A stretch of 63,745 nt of DNA, the filler included, from Octopus bimaculoides (lineage: Eukaryota), in NCBI RefSeq assembly GCF_001194135.2. It is 6 parts of 5 records of this genome, joined end to end, with 100 filler letters (N's around TTAATTAATTAA, not from the genome) between each part and the next. Parts side by side here need not be neighbours in the genome. Positions count along the whole stretch, not along the records: positions 34,241 to 43,049 come from NW_026369670.1; positions 43,150 to 59,828 come from NC_069010.1; 4 more parts are not named here. One strand, written 5' to 3'. The notes beneath the pieces are model-generated. The model was not told the origin of the DNA. It ran no database searches and worked only from the letters and a program-made list of their open reading frames with translations. The position numbers and the translations under genes are program-made. Below, in pieces: positions 39,320 through 52,407 of the stretch; position 1 is the stretch's first letter; every line of letters begins with the position of its first letter.

Positions 39320-41110
39320 GATGATTTAACGTACCAGAAGACAACACAGACCCTGTTTATGTTGGGTGTGATATCAGGTTTTTATCATATTCAACTCTAA
39401 ACAGCGCCGTTGTTAATGTGACGTCTGAGTGAACATGCGATATCACTGAATATCAGATGGTGAACATGTCGTTTGACTAGGTTACTTATGATGTCCTGTG
39501 TTTACGCCATGTGTTACGTCATGTGTTAATTGTAATGTCATACGATGCTGCATTCTTATTGATTATTATAGTTGGACACTCACTGGTTGCTGTGACGTTA
39601 ACTATCTATCTGTGATGTCACATTGTAAATGATGGTAATATATTAACGGTGGCATTATCAGTTGTGACACCACGTATTTAAATTGTAGTTGATGGCGCCT
39701 ATGCAATGTTAGTTGCATTATTTGGGATGTTATGTGTATCTGTGATAGCATATCTTTGGTATCATTGTTCTCAAAGCTTGCGCCACTTAAGCTTTGATCA
39801 CACAAGTCCTCATCAGATATTCGGATCCATGACCATCCCATTTTATTCTTTTGTGAAGGGTGTTCAGGATCACAGTATCCAAGCATCTTTTTCTAAAACG
39901 GTAGAATGTGATCTGAAAAAAAATGACAGGTATTTCTAGCTGTTCGAGCGACCACCAAGAAATTTCTGTTCGTATTAACTCTAATTACATAAGTATAGTT
40001 GTCATTCCAAATTATAAAATGATGATAATGTAACTGTTTCTGTCTGTTGTGACGTCATAAGTGGGGCTGCATTGTAAATGATATACAATTACGATGTAGT
40101 AGCATTAATTGTGACGTCATAAATGTAAACATGGCATAATACTGTAATCGATGGTGATTAACAGGGACATTTGTAACTGTAATACCATGTCTGACTATGA
40201 TATCAGATTAATCCCAGTAGGATGTCACCGCGACACATGTATGGCTGTGATGCCAGAATATAACTGATGTTCTTTTAATGTCATCAATATCAGCTATGAC
40301 ATCATACTTGCGGCTGTGATGTCTGATTGAAACCTTATGTTGTAACACTGACAGAGTTAAATATGACGTCATAAATATAGGGATGATGTGAAATCGAAGA
40401 CGATGGCGATTTAACTACAACAGCATTAATTGTGGCATCATGAGTGAGAGTATGTTGGTGTGTTGTTAGTTGAACTCCGATGGTGGTGCAACAATAACAT
40501 GTTAGCTAGAGCCTCATAAATATGGTTTTGATATCAGGTACTAGTAAATGATAATGCAACAACAACGATATCAAAGGTGATGCCAAATTGCCACGAAACA
40601 GCAACAGTAATAGTAGAGATGTTACATATGCCTGTGATGTATTATTGTAAATGATAATAACGTATGTCTGCAATGTTATTTTGCAATCATGATGGTGATG
40701 TAACAGTGACAGTGTGCTATGTCGTCCTGTGTGCAGATGCAATGTTAGATTGTAATAGAAGGTGATGTAATAATGACAATGTTAGTTGGGATGTCATAAA
40801 TGATGCTGTGATGCAACATTATAACTGATGTCTTACTAACGATAGTTAGCTGTGCGCGTCATGAATTAGATGCGGCGTGAAACAGCAGTTGGCGATGATT
40901 TAATCACTACCGTGTTAAATGCGACGTCATAGCTAACTGCCTTGTCCGATTGATTCCGATGGTGACATTGAGGTTACAGCAAATATGTTCACCGATGGTC
41001 ATATAACACCGGCGAGGTTAGGCTGTGACGTAAAATAGTAACCGATAGTGATTTCACGGCCACGGACTTAACTGTGACGTCATTAGTGGAGATGTGATGT
41101 CAGTCTAATT
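39320..41110. repeat. Highly degenerate about 55-65-bp minisatellite with TGACGTCA core
   Basis: Recurring GATGGTGATTTAAC..AGCATTAA(C/T)TGTGACGTCATAAAT-like unit; perfect TGACGTCA at 40050, 40112, 40364 and 41075 plus about 20 variants. Confidence 0.7.
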
Positions 41111-42130
41111 GATACTGACAATCTAAGGGTCAAAGAGATGGTTGTCAATATACATAACTGATTGTTAGACTAGGCCACAGGAAGGGAAAAGTTGTCAAGT
41201 TGTTTGCTCATGAGATGATAGTACACGACCTTAAATACTTCGTGTTTATCTCTGACGCGTGCATGTGAGTGCAGGTTTTAGCTAGCGCATGTTTATATCT
41301 GAGTTCCACTGTATACATTCGTGCATGTATGTATATGTTTACCTTGGCGTCCTGTGTGTGTGTGTGTGTGTGCTTGTGCGTGCATTAGTTTGCCTATGTA
41401 TGATTTTTATTTGAATGTGTTTATTTATTTGTTCGTCTATATGTGTATGAATGAATGGATTGATAGATGGATGGATGGGTGGATGGATATGTGTGTATTT
41501 GTGCGCTTGCATGCTTTTATATGGGTATGCATTTATGTGTGCATTTGGGTGTGGATATGAGCGTGCGTGCGTATGTTTTTGTATGTATGTGCTGCTTATA
41601 AGTCCTGTGTGCGAGTGTAGAATGCATGTGTATGACAGCCGATTCCTCGCAGCATGCTGGTTGCATCATATTTACCAGGGTCGCCATTCGCATGACGTAG
41701 GCACGTACGTGTGCGTTCATGTGAACGTGTGTCTATATGTATGTGATTGTGTACATGTGTGTGCGCGAGCGTGGCATGCTTGTCTGCGAGCACGTGTCTG
41801 CTTGCTTGCGATTGCATGCGTTTGTATACAACTCTCAATTCTGTATGTTCCTACTTATGCATGTATATGTATGTGTGTGTGTAATTATATATGTTAGTGT
41901 ATATAATATATGTGCGTGTGTGTGCAAATGTGGGCATGCGTGAGCCAGTTCCTTATATCATGTTGGTTACATCACAGTATTTACAACGGCTGCCACACGC
42001 AGCCGTTATTGTTCCTTCCCGGTTCAACCTACACAGAATGCTGGTTCAAAGGCAGCGACATCATCTACTTCTCCCTCCTCCTCTCCCCCTCTTACTCTCT
42101 CTCTCGCTCTCTCTCTTCCTCTCTTTATAT

Positions 42131-42170
<40 letters not shown>

Positions 42171-42741
42171 GTATACAATCACACACACGTATAGACATAG
42201 ATATTTAACATTACATACATATAGATGTATAAACACAGATTAATTAAAACCTATACAAATGCACACACACACGCGTGCGCACACACATACACATGTGTGT
42301 GCATATATATATATATATATCACAAAATATATGTATATCCGTGTTCTTTATCATTTACACACAGACACACACAAACACATACACACATACACACACATGC
42401 ATAAACACATACACACACATTCGTATACACGTAGACTATTACGTACACACATTCACATACGTATCCACAAGCATGCACACGCACGCACAAATGTGTACTT
42501 ATATAGACATACACACAAACAAATAATCTCGCAAAATACTTACGCGTACATATGCTATTTGACACGCACTCACATACACACTAATGCACACAAATACACA
42601 CTCGTACACCTTATCGCGCGGCCGTACATAAGCAAACAAGGTGCCAGGTCGGGAGACACACAGACTGATCGAATAGTCACATACACAGAAATATAAATAT
42701 ATACAGCTACAAAATATGCATGTTCATAAACACGCGCGCAT

Positions 42742-42779
<38 letters not shown>

Positions 42780-43012
42780 GCACATGCAGAAAGAAGTTTA
42801 GTATATGTCACATGTAAAAACAACAGTGCTCCAGCATGGCCGCAGTCAAATGACTGAAACAAGTAATATATATATAATATATAATATATAATATCTAATA
42901 CACACACATACATACATATATATATATACATAATATATAAATATATATATATATATATATAATATATAATATACATATATATATATATTACATATATATA
43001 TATAATATATAG

Positions 43013-43049
<37 letters not shown>

Positions 43050-44061
43050 NNNNNNNNNNNNNNNNNNNNNNNNNNNNNNNNNNNNNNNNNNNNTTAATTA
43101 ATTAANNNNNNNNNNNNNNNNNNNNNNNNNNNNNNNNNNNNNNNNNNNNCCATTATTTTTTCTGTTATTTTAAAGTTAACAACTTGCTGAATCCCTATAG
43201 CGCTAGTTCGTCTGCCATTACGTTCTGAGTTCAAATGCTGCCGCGGTCGACTTTGCCTTTCATCCTTTCGGGGCAATAAATTAAGTACCAGTTTCGCACT
43301 GGAGTCGATGTAATCGACTTAATCCCTTTGTTTATCCCCTCTATGTTTAGCCCCTTGTGGGCAATAAAGAAATAAGATATACCTATACATATACACAACT
43401 ATATGATGTGTTAATAGTTGAGGTCCTAAAATCATGGTTCCCATTATGGGGTGAAAGTTTATATCAATAGTTATAATAGCAGTTGGTACTAAATTACTAA
43501 ATGAAATGCTTTAAATCTCCGGTCAATTAACAAGATACTGTATTATCCTCCATTATTTTTTCTGTTATTTTAAAGTTAACAACTTGCTGAATCCCTATAG
43601 GTAACGGGGAGGGGGTTGTGGTCATTCAAGTAATCTAATTGGTCAGCTAATTTATTTGAAAGGCCATGATGCTGCTATGGTTAGTTAGTGCTTAACAGAT
43701 AACATAAACAAACTATATAAAAATTATATATGGATGAAAGCATAGAAACAAATATGAGAGTAAAAAACTGATATCGAGACTTGATTCGATTAAATTAAAT
43801 TAAGGATTATATAAGTAAAAAGTTGATGAGTGTATATGTTAGTGGATATAATATAATAGGTTATAGCGATACGACTAGGGGATGTGGTTTTTAGATCATT
43901 TACGAGAAATAAGGTATTACAAATGTAAGAAACCGTATATTATTATAAATATTAAAACGTGTATCTGTCTAATTAGGGCGATTGAATGTGTATTTACCAA
44001 AATATATGAGCAATAGAAGGGAAATTCTATGATGGAAATTATAATTACAAATTTATTTTTT

Positions 44062-44498
44062 ATCAATGGATAAGTTATTTTCCTAACTTGTTGTTATTCA
44101 TCGTTAAAATAAGTTTATAGTATAATATACTTGATCAGACACAATACATTAAGTGCAAGGCACTATGCAATAGTGTTGAGCTGTTCAATTAATCATCGAA
44201 TCATATATTTTTTCAGACCATCCATTTATTTAGTTATTTAATTCCAATTTTACTGTTTTATTTGAGTGGGGGTACCAGCTAATAGTAGAATGTTCATATT
44301 TCACCATTTTTATTTTCATATTATTTTTAGTCCAAGGGGGACAACTCTGATTATTCATCTTTATAAATTGAATAAGTTACTGAAAACCATCAGATATTAA
44401 ACTAATCAGCTAATTAGCTAATGAATGAATCAATTAATTAATTAAATTTAATTGAATAATTATTCAATTAATTGGTTGTGTAAATCTATTTTTATCGC

Positions 44499-44568
<70 letters not shown>

Positions 44569-45905
44569 AATATACGTATGATACACACATACATAAGTAT
44601 ACACCCACATACATATACATACAGATATATATGCACATACAAATTTATGATTCAGTCTTGGGGATGGTACTAAATAATGTTATTATTCTGCATATTTGTA
44701 GGTTATAATTTGATTATTTAATTTTATTATTAAAGATGAGTTAGTCTATGCGTATTTGTTTAAGGTATATTAATAGATGAGTTACTAATGCCATTGCTTT
44801 AACCATGTTTGTGTGTATTTTATTATAATGATTATTATCATCAATATGAGCGTGGGAAAATATAGCATTTCTATAACATAATGGCGGGGTGATGGTTTTT
44901 ATATCTGTTCGTAGTCATGCTACAACCTTTTCAAATATAAGTAGAGAAATAATATATGCATAAATTAACCCTATAAACCTCTTGGACTATCTTATAAAAC
45001 TCTCTGACGATGCCCAGAGGCATACTCAAGTACCCTAATTTTATCTACAGATTTACAATATACTGAAAAGATGGAAATAACATATGGGGAACAGTGACCT
45101 CTTGGCTGAAACAGCTGTAAGAAACTGCTCTTCTTTCTCTATTCTAGAAATTACTTATACTTTACACATGTATTTATATATTATCTGAACTGTTTAAAAT
45201 AAATAAATAGATATGATATAATGTCTAACAGCTGGTAAATACTACCTCTGGATTCCCTCTATTTTCTTCTTGCTATATATATATCAACGGATAAGATATT
45301 AGAAGGGACTGGATAAGTCATTTTTCCAACTTGTTATTCATCGTTAAAATATGTTTATAGTATAATATATTTCATCAGACACAATACATTAAGTGCAAGG
45401 CGCTATGCAATAGTGTTTAGTTGTTCAATTAATCATTGAATCATTTATTGTTTTAGACCATCCATTTATTTAGTTATTTAATTTCAATTTTACTGTTTTA
45501 CTTGAGAGGGGGTACTAGCTAATAGTAGAATGTTCATATTTCACTATTTTAATTTTCATAATATTATTTTAATAGTCCAAGGGGGACAACTCTGTTTATT
45601 CATCTTTATAAATTGAAGAAGATACTAAAAAAACCATCAGATATTAAACTAATCAGCTAATTAGCTAATGAATGAATAAATAAATTAATTTAATTTAATA
45701 ATTAGTCAACTAATTGGTTGTGTAAATATGCNNNNNNNNNNNNNNNNNNNNNNNNNNNNNNNNNNNNNNNNNNNNNATATACAAATATACGTATGCATAC
45801 ACACATACATAAGTACACACACACATAGATAGAGATACAGATATATATGCACATATGATTCAGCCTTGGGGATAGTACAAAATAATGTTATTATTCTGCA
45901 TACTT
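44062..45905 (+). repeat. Pair of about 620-bp direct repeats (44062-44700 and 45285-45905) flanking a hammerhead-containing segment
   Basis: GGATAAG..CTTGTTATTCATCGTTAAAAT..CAGACACAATACATTAAGTGCAAGG..AAACTAATCAGCTAATTAGCTAATG occur in both; roughly 90% identity by eye. Confidence 0.85.
45001..45122 (+). ncRNA. Minimal type-I hammerhead ribozyme motif of Penelope-like terminal repeat, with 77-nt loop II
   Basis: Stem I TCT(45001-3)/AGA(45120-2); CTGACGA 45004-10; stem II GCCCAGAGG(45012-20)/CCTCTTGGC(45098-106), 8 of 9 pairs; GAAA 45108-11; palindromic stem III ACAGCTGT 45111-18; cleavage triplet GUA 45117-19. Confidence 0.7.
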
Positions 45906-46019
45906 GTAATGTCAATCTAATTGATGGTCTCCTTTTTCTCTTGTAGGTCAGAGGTGCTGAGGAACTCATCAGGTCTACGTGTTTCCACGTCTTCTAGTGT
46001 GTTTGTGTGTGTGTGGGGG

Positions 46020-46610
46020 GGGCACTTTAGTATTGTTTATTGAGTGCTTCACCTATCTTCTTGGGGTCTGCAGTTAGTGAGCCCTTTTCATCAAACAGTG
46101 GCCCTATCCTGTATCGCACAGAGGCAGACTCCTTTGCAAACTTGTAGAAGGCATTAGGGTTGCTTTTTATATTTTCCCCCGCTCTGGCTTCTCTGTTTAC
46201 CCTTTCTTTTTCATGGGAGAGTCTGATTTCATTCTCTGAGAATGCCATTTTGAGGAAGGGCGTTTTGCTGTCATTAGGTTCCTTATTTAAGCAATTCGAG
46301 AACTTTATCCTCCGTGTCATTAGGATTCGTCTATCTCGAGGAATAATGTTCTTGTGTGCGGTGGCTTTCTTCTCTGGGACAAACTTAATGCATATGGTTT
46401 GCATTATAGACATGAATTCATTGAATTTCATGTCACTGCTTTGCATGGACAGACTTTAAAGCCAGTTTTGCTGGAGTATCTCTTTTTTGATGGACTTCCA
46501 GTCAGACTTGTAGAAGTTCAAGTTCGCTAGCGTTTGGGATCCAGTAGTGTTGTATGATTCTTTACTTAGCTTTGGACCTTATATTTACAGTTCTATCATG
46601 TTATGGTCTG
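46020..46610 (-). mobile_element. CR1/L2-type LINE ORF2 fragment (linker between APE endonuclease and RT)
   Basis: LNFYKSDWKSIKKEI...NIKSNPNAFYKFAK...RIGPLFDEKGSLTADPKKIGEALNKQY, typical of the CR1-group inter-domain region. Confidence 0.75.
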
Positions 46611-46639
46611 AGTGGGTAGATGGTAATATGTTTATGTTG

Positions 46640-47495
46640 TGGATAAGTGCAGCTCCTCAACTCCTCTAACATGAAACCCATAACCTCGAGATATGTTGTT
46701 TACAAGAACTCGGCTTTGTCACACAACATGAAAATTAACATACTGATACAAGACTTAGTTAGGATAATGAAGAACATGTCTTCACTATGCAAACCCTACG
46801 TAACGAAGAAACATGTACAGAACTTCATGCACGGCATGCAGTTCTCTGGATATGATCAGAAAGATAGGGTTCGAGTATACAGGGGTGCTAGAAAGAAGTT
46901 GGATAACATTATATGTAATGAAACCCCAGATATAGAAGCAAAGACTGGAATAGAATACAAAGAGCTTGTGACAAAGCAAACAGGGTGAACACATGGTATA
47001 ACACTGACAAATATCAAGGAGTGATGTTTGTAGAGGCCACAGCCCATGGAGAACTAGTCCATAGATTTAGGAAAGCTCTGAAAGAGACTGAACTCAACAG
47101 TAAGATTGTTGAAAAGCCAGGGAACTCCATTAGATCACAACTATGTAGGACAATAATAACTACATGGTATGTAGGATTAGCCCTGGCATTAACTGTAGAA
47201 CTAGAGATGTAGTCTACAGCATAAGATGCATAGAAGGTGCTTGTAAAGATATGAACATGGAATACATAGGGGAGATATCTAGGAGGATAGTGGAAAGACT
47301 TTGAGACAATATGACGACACAAAACAGTCCTCCATACTCTACCAACATGCCAAAGACCAGCATGGAGGCAACCTGGGTCAACTTGACATCCGCATTTTAT
47401 CCAAGCACCCAAAGGACCCAACACTGAAACAAATACAGGAGTACGTCCTCATAAATGAAACTTCCCAAGTACTAAACAGGAAATATACGTAGTAG
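46640..47495 (+). mobile_element. Penelope-like retroelement 3' part (RT thumb, linker and GIY-YIG endonuclease), frameshifted
   Basis: MKPITSRYVVYKNSALSHNMKINILIQDLVRIMKN...MQFSGY; WYNTDKYQGVMFVEAT...KIVEKPGNSIRSQL; DVVYSIRC...EYIGEISRRIVERL; SILYQHAKDQH...LKQIQEYVLI..LNRK. Confidence 0.8.
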
Positions 47496-47718
47496 GTAAT
47501 CATACCTACATGCCCACAGTTTATATTTCTATACAGATAGAATAGTTAGTGGGATGTTATGTAGATGTATGTGTGTGTATATATGTATACGTATATGTAG
47601 CTAGGTAAATAGATATGAAAGTAAACAGATAGACATACAGACGGATAGGTACATTGGTAATATGAACAGACAAGCACACATACAAACATATACGCAAATG
47701 AAGACTAAAACACATGAC

Positions 47719-47759
<41 letters not shown>

Positions 47760-47900
47760 CACTTCACACAAGGACAATTCTTAACCATGCAGCTATGATA
47801 TAACAGTTTCCATCTACAAAATCCTCTCAAAAGTCTTTCGTCTGCCCAAAACTACAGTAGAAGACACTTGCCGAGGGTGCCATATCTACATATGTATATA

Positions 47901-48039
47901 TTAGGGTGACCTTTAGCAACAGGTAATTTTCTGAAAATTAAAATGTGGCTGCTCTGACCCCATAATCCTGTTCCAATCAATGAAAAGCTGGGGTGTGCAA
48001 AATTTCAGCTCAATCAAACAACTGCTAGGCGACCCTTAA
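47901..48039. mobile_element. Possible short MITE
   Basis: Imperfect TIRs TTAGGGTGACCT / AGGCGACCCTTAA around a GTGCAAAATTTCAGCTCAATC core. Confidence 0.3.
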
Positions 48040-49904
48040 ATGCCTTGAAGTCGGAACATACTATACGCAACAAATAATTCTGTTCAAAAGTGCTATATTG
48101 TTCCCTATCTTGACCATTTTGTGTTTTCTTAGAGAAATTTATGTGAACACATTGAGGCAACCCCAACAGATGTTTAAAAACATTCTGAATCAAATCTACC
48201 AATAGTTAATTTGAAAATTTCCTGAAATAACATGAAAATCTTAAGAAATTTTAGGTTTTCTTAAGAAAGCACACAACTTCTAAAAGAGAAATGCAAAGGA
48301 GTGTCTAAAGCTGGGAGTGTTTGACACCAGGTAAGTGAAAGCCAGAAAGGGGAGGAACAAGCAAGGGGTCTACCCTGGTGATCGGATATTTGTATATTTA
48401 ATTGCTAAATAGCAGCTACTACACCCTTTATGTTTATCTGTCCTTGTTTGTCCCCTCTTTGTAATGCCTTCATGGCAAATCGTTATGAAATAAAGTAGCT
48501 TGCTTACGAACCACATGGTTCCGGGTTCAGTCCCACTGCGTGACACATTGGGCAAGTGTCTTCTACCATAGCCTCTGGCTGACCAAAGCCTTGTGAGTAC
48601 ATTTGGTAGACAGAAAATAAAAGAAACCCGTCACACACATATATATATATATAGATATGCAGGGCAGGGAATCGTCAATTAGTAATAAAATTAATAATTA
48701 ACAATTTTGCCGGGTAGCTCAGTATGAAAAAACCTTTTCGGTAAAAAACATTTATAATCATAAATATATAGGGATTGACAGTAACCTGCTTCTCCAACAT
48801 ACTGAGAATTCAGAAATAGCAGTCAAAGAACTACTGATTTCAAAACTACAAATTATTACTCCAGATTGATAGCGATATTTTTGATACACACAGAACAAAA
48901 AACAGTAGAGAAGAGTTAAAAAACCACCTGCCTTTAGTTAATTTAGTACGATCGTTTCACAGTTAAGAGTANNNNNNNNNNNNNNNNNNNNNNNNNNNNN
49001 NNNNNNNNNNNNNNNNNNNNNNNNNNNNNNNNNNNNNNNNNNNNNNNNNNNNNNNNNNNNNNNNNNNNNNNNNNNNNNNNNNNNNNNNNNNNNNNNNNNN
49101 NNNNNNNNNNNNNNNNNNNNNNNNNNNNNNNNNNNNNNNNNNNNNNNNNNNNNNNNNNNNNNNNNNNNNNNNNNNNNNNNNNNNNNNNNNNNNNNNNNNN
49201 NNNNNNNNNNNNNNNNNNNNNNNNNNNNNNNNNNNNNNNNNNNNNNNNNNNNNNNNNNNNNNNNNNNNNNNNNNNNNNNNNNNNNNNNNNNNNNNNNNNN
49301 NNNNNNNNNNNNNNNNNNNNNNNNNNNNNNNNNNNNNNNNNNNNNNNNNNNNNNNNNNNNNNNNNNNNNNNNNNNNNNNNNNNNNNNNNNNNNNNNNNNN
49401 NNNNNNNNNNNNNNNNNNNNNNNNNNNNNNNNNNNNNNNNNNNNNNNNNNNNNNNNNNNNNNNNNNNNNNNNNNNNNNNNNNNNNNNNNNNNNNNNNNNN
49501 NNNNNNNNNNNNNNNNNNNNNNNNNNNNNNNNNNNNNNNNNNNNNNNNNNNNNNNNNNNNNNNNNNNNNNNNNNNNNNNNNNNNNNNNNNNNNNNNNNNN
49601 NNNNNNNNNNNNNNNNNNNNNNNNNNNNNNNNNNNNNNNNNNNNNNNNNNNNNNNNNNNNNNNNNNNNNNNNNTGTATGTATGTGTGTGTGTATATATTT
49701 ATGCGTCTGTGTTTGTCTCCCCAGCTTGACAACTGATGCTGGTGTGTTTACGTACCCATAACTTAGTGGTTCGGCAAAAGAGACCGAAAGAATAAGTACT
49801 AGGCTTACAAAGAATAAGTCCCGATGGCCACAGTCAAATGAATGAAACAAGTAAAAGAATATGATTTAGCTCCCAGATCTTTCCATCATGTCTGTCCTAA
49901 CCCT

Positions 49905-50535
49905 TTTGATAGCAACCTGCCCAAAACCTCCCTTGGTTCTGTGATACAAACTTCTTGATTTAAAGTGATCTAAATTAAAATCTTACATTAAAATTTCATG
50001 TTCATTTAGGTTCCAAATACCAGAATAATTAGTGACAAAGTTATTTTACTATATTTTTCAATATTTTCAAAATCACTTGAAACAAACTCGGAACATTTCA
50101 ACAGAAATATCCGTAACCTTATTCATACCAACCTACCCGAGACCACCTGTGGTTGTATGACACAAATTTCCCATTTTAAAATTATCTAAGTTTAAAATCT
50201 TCCATCAAAGTTTCATCTTCATTTATGTTCCAAGAACCTGATTAATTAATAATGACAAACTTATTTGTCAATATTCTATGATACAAACTTCCAAACACCA
50301 GCTTAATAATGACAAGGCTATTTTACTAAATTCTTCGTTATTTTTAAAATTAATTTAAACAAAAACAGCATATTTCAATAGAAATATCTTAGTCATATGT
50401 TTTGACTTCCAGACCTTTCAATCTAACCATTTTGATACCAACGTGTCAGAAACCACATCTACTTCTACAATACAAAGTTCCAAACATCAGTCTGATGATG
50501 ACAATGTTATTTTACTAAATTTTTCATTTTCAAAA
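49905..50535. repeat. Degenerate tandem copies of an AT-rich interspersed repeat
   Basis: GTTCCAAA(C/T)ACCAG..AATGACAA(A)GTTATTTTACTA recurs near 50010, 50225, 50290 and 50478. Confidence 0.6.
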
Positions 50536-50943
50536 TAAGAAAAAAGGATAAATAAAATAAAAGGCAGTTAATTACAAAAAAAAATTTGGTAAGAAAAGGG
50601 TCAACAATATAAATGTGTCTTTATTTCATAATTAAAAACATTATAATTGTTGTAAAATAGTCATCATCTCATTCTCATCCTCATTGCAATATCAGGGGGT
50701 GAGAGGAGGGGATGAGTCAATTACACTGATCCGTGTTCAACTGGTACTTATTTTAGCAATCCCAAAAGGAAGAGACGTAAAGCCAACCTTGATGGAATTT
50801 GAACTCAGAACATACTGACAGACAAAATGCCGTCAAGCATTTTGCCCCGAGCACCACCAGTTCTGGCAGCTTGCTGCCTTATAACCATTATTGATCTCGT
50901 TATCACAAATATAAACTACACTATCAAATCACTGTTGAAATTT

Positions 50944-52365
50944 TTATAGATTTTCAGCAAAAAATTCCCTGATCTTTAACCAGGACTTTTCTTGTGCTTC
51001 AGCATGTGGTCGAGGATAACCCCCAAATACAGTTGGACGGCCATACAAAGCAGTATAACAAGTGTGAAACAGAGGGGTATATGGGGGTTCCAAAAAGTGA
51101 CCCGCACCCTCATACATAATNNNNNNNNNNNNNNNNNNNNNNNNNNNNNNNNNNNNNNNNNNNNNNNNNNNNNNNNNNNNNNNNNNNNNNNNNNNNNNNN
51201 NNNNNNNNNNGGTTGGTGTTAACTTGTCAAACCAGAGGTAATAGTCACTTGTATAAACCACCTGGTCATCACCGCTAATAAGAAACAATACTTTGCTACG
51301 ACAAGTCTCATCGAAATAAAACAGTTTAGATTCATCTACTTTCCACAATGCCAATAAACTCCCATCATCTTTCACTTTAAAACTGCCATAGTCCAGAGAA
51401 GAGCTTGGAAGCTGTTTACCATTATGGCGGATGCTAAAAACAAAGAAGGCTGGCGAAGCGTTAATACTTATAACAGCGCTTACTTGTGGACACTGTTTCG
51501 CTATGTATAGAGCTATTATTCCTCCTAGAGATGTCCCTAAAACACCTATACCATTCTCACTGGAAACTTGCTCGTGGTTAATAAGCCACTCAATAGCCTC
51601 TTCGAAATATTCAAAATCAACGTCTGTGACGACTGAAGGTAAGTCTTTATAAGCAAAATAGGTCAAACTTAAAGTAATAAATCCATGGGACGCTAACAAA
51701 GCACCTCTGGATTCTATCAAAGAACCAGTGCTACCAAACAGATCTATCACAGCAGGATATCGTCGTTGTTGTCTGTTGGATGTTTCATCACTTGGTATGA
51801 ATAAACTACCCCGAAGTCTTCCGTGGTTAACTGTGATTTTACGGACACCAGATCTCATAAACGATCGTCGAACCAATTTGGTTGCTAATGGCTTTATATC
51901 AGAAGTAAACTCAGAATGCTGTGAGATATGACCAGGGTGGACCATCACAGTGCAATCCAAAGTTTTGGTGGCATCATGAGTCCTAATTCTACCATGTTTT
52001 CCAACTACTTGAGTCATACTCGAAAATAATCCCATGGGATCAATTCCAGTGTAAGTTCCCGCTAAACATGGATCAGTGACCAGATTAACACATTCGTCAA
52101 CTGAAGCATTGAAATCTCCGAAAGACCTGAAAACGGATTCTCTTTTCTTTGAGCTCTGTTCCATTGTGGCACTGACTGTGACATTTTCTTCAGGTTTCAA
52201 ACCAGAAACACTCACAGACAATTGCTCATCAACCAAACCATTTTCTGGATTCACTGTTACCGAAACTGGGCAGCGGGTTGAAACTAGCACTCTGGATAAG
52301 ACTGTTGGCTAGCTGGGTATGTGACGTAGAGCAGAGAGTAGTTGGTAGGATGGACGGAGGATCAT
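50944..52365 (-). pseudogene. ACOT: Second ACOT/BAAT-family copy with premature TAG at codon 19 (52311-52309); ORF open from GTG 52290 or ATG 52164 to TAA 50946-50944
   Basis: Reverse complement of the + copy with the same ATG context at 52365. AGC-TAG-CCA here versus AGC-TAC-CCA in the + copy. Triad motifs GTSLGG / ISGDDQ / GAGHFLEPPY are intact. The 90-N gap (51121-51210) corresponds to 21 bp in the other copy. Family call is strong; pseudogene status is uncertain. Confidence 0.65.
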
Positions 52366-52393
52366 CTTTCTCGGTCAGTGTATACTTGCAGGA

Positions 52394-52407
52394 CTGCAGA
52401 AAAAAAA
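52394..52407 (-). promoter_or_regulatory. 3' splice acceptor of the - strand ACOT copy
   Basis: TTTTTTTTCTGCAG| on the - strand, 28 nt upstream of ATG 52365. Confidence 0.6.

Noticed and set aside
39320-41110. CRISPR-like array
   Set aside because: Eukaryotic DNA; the repeats are degenerate without constant repeat and unique spacer structure, and there are no cas genes.
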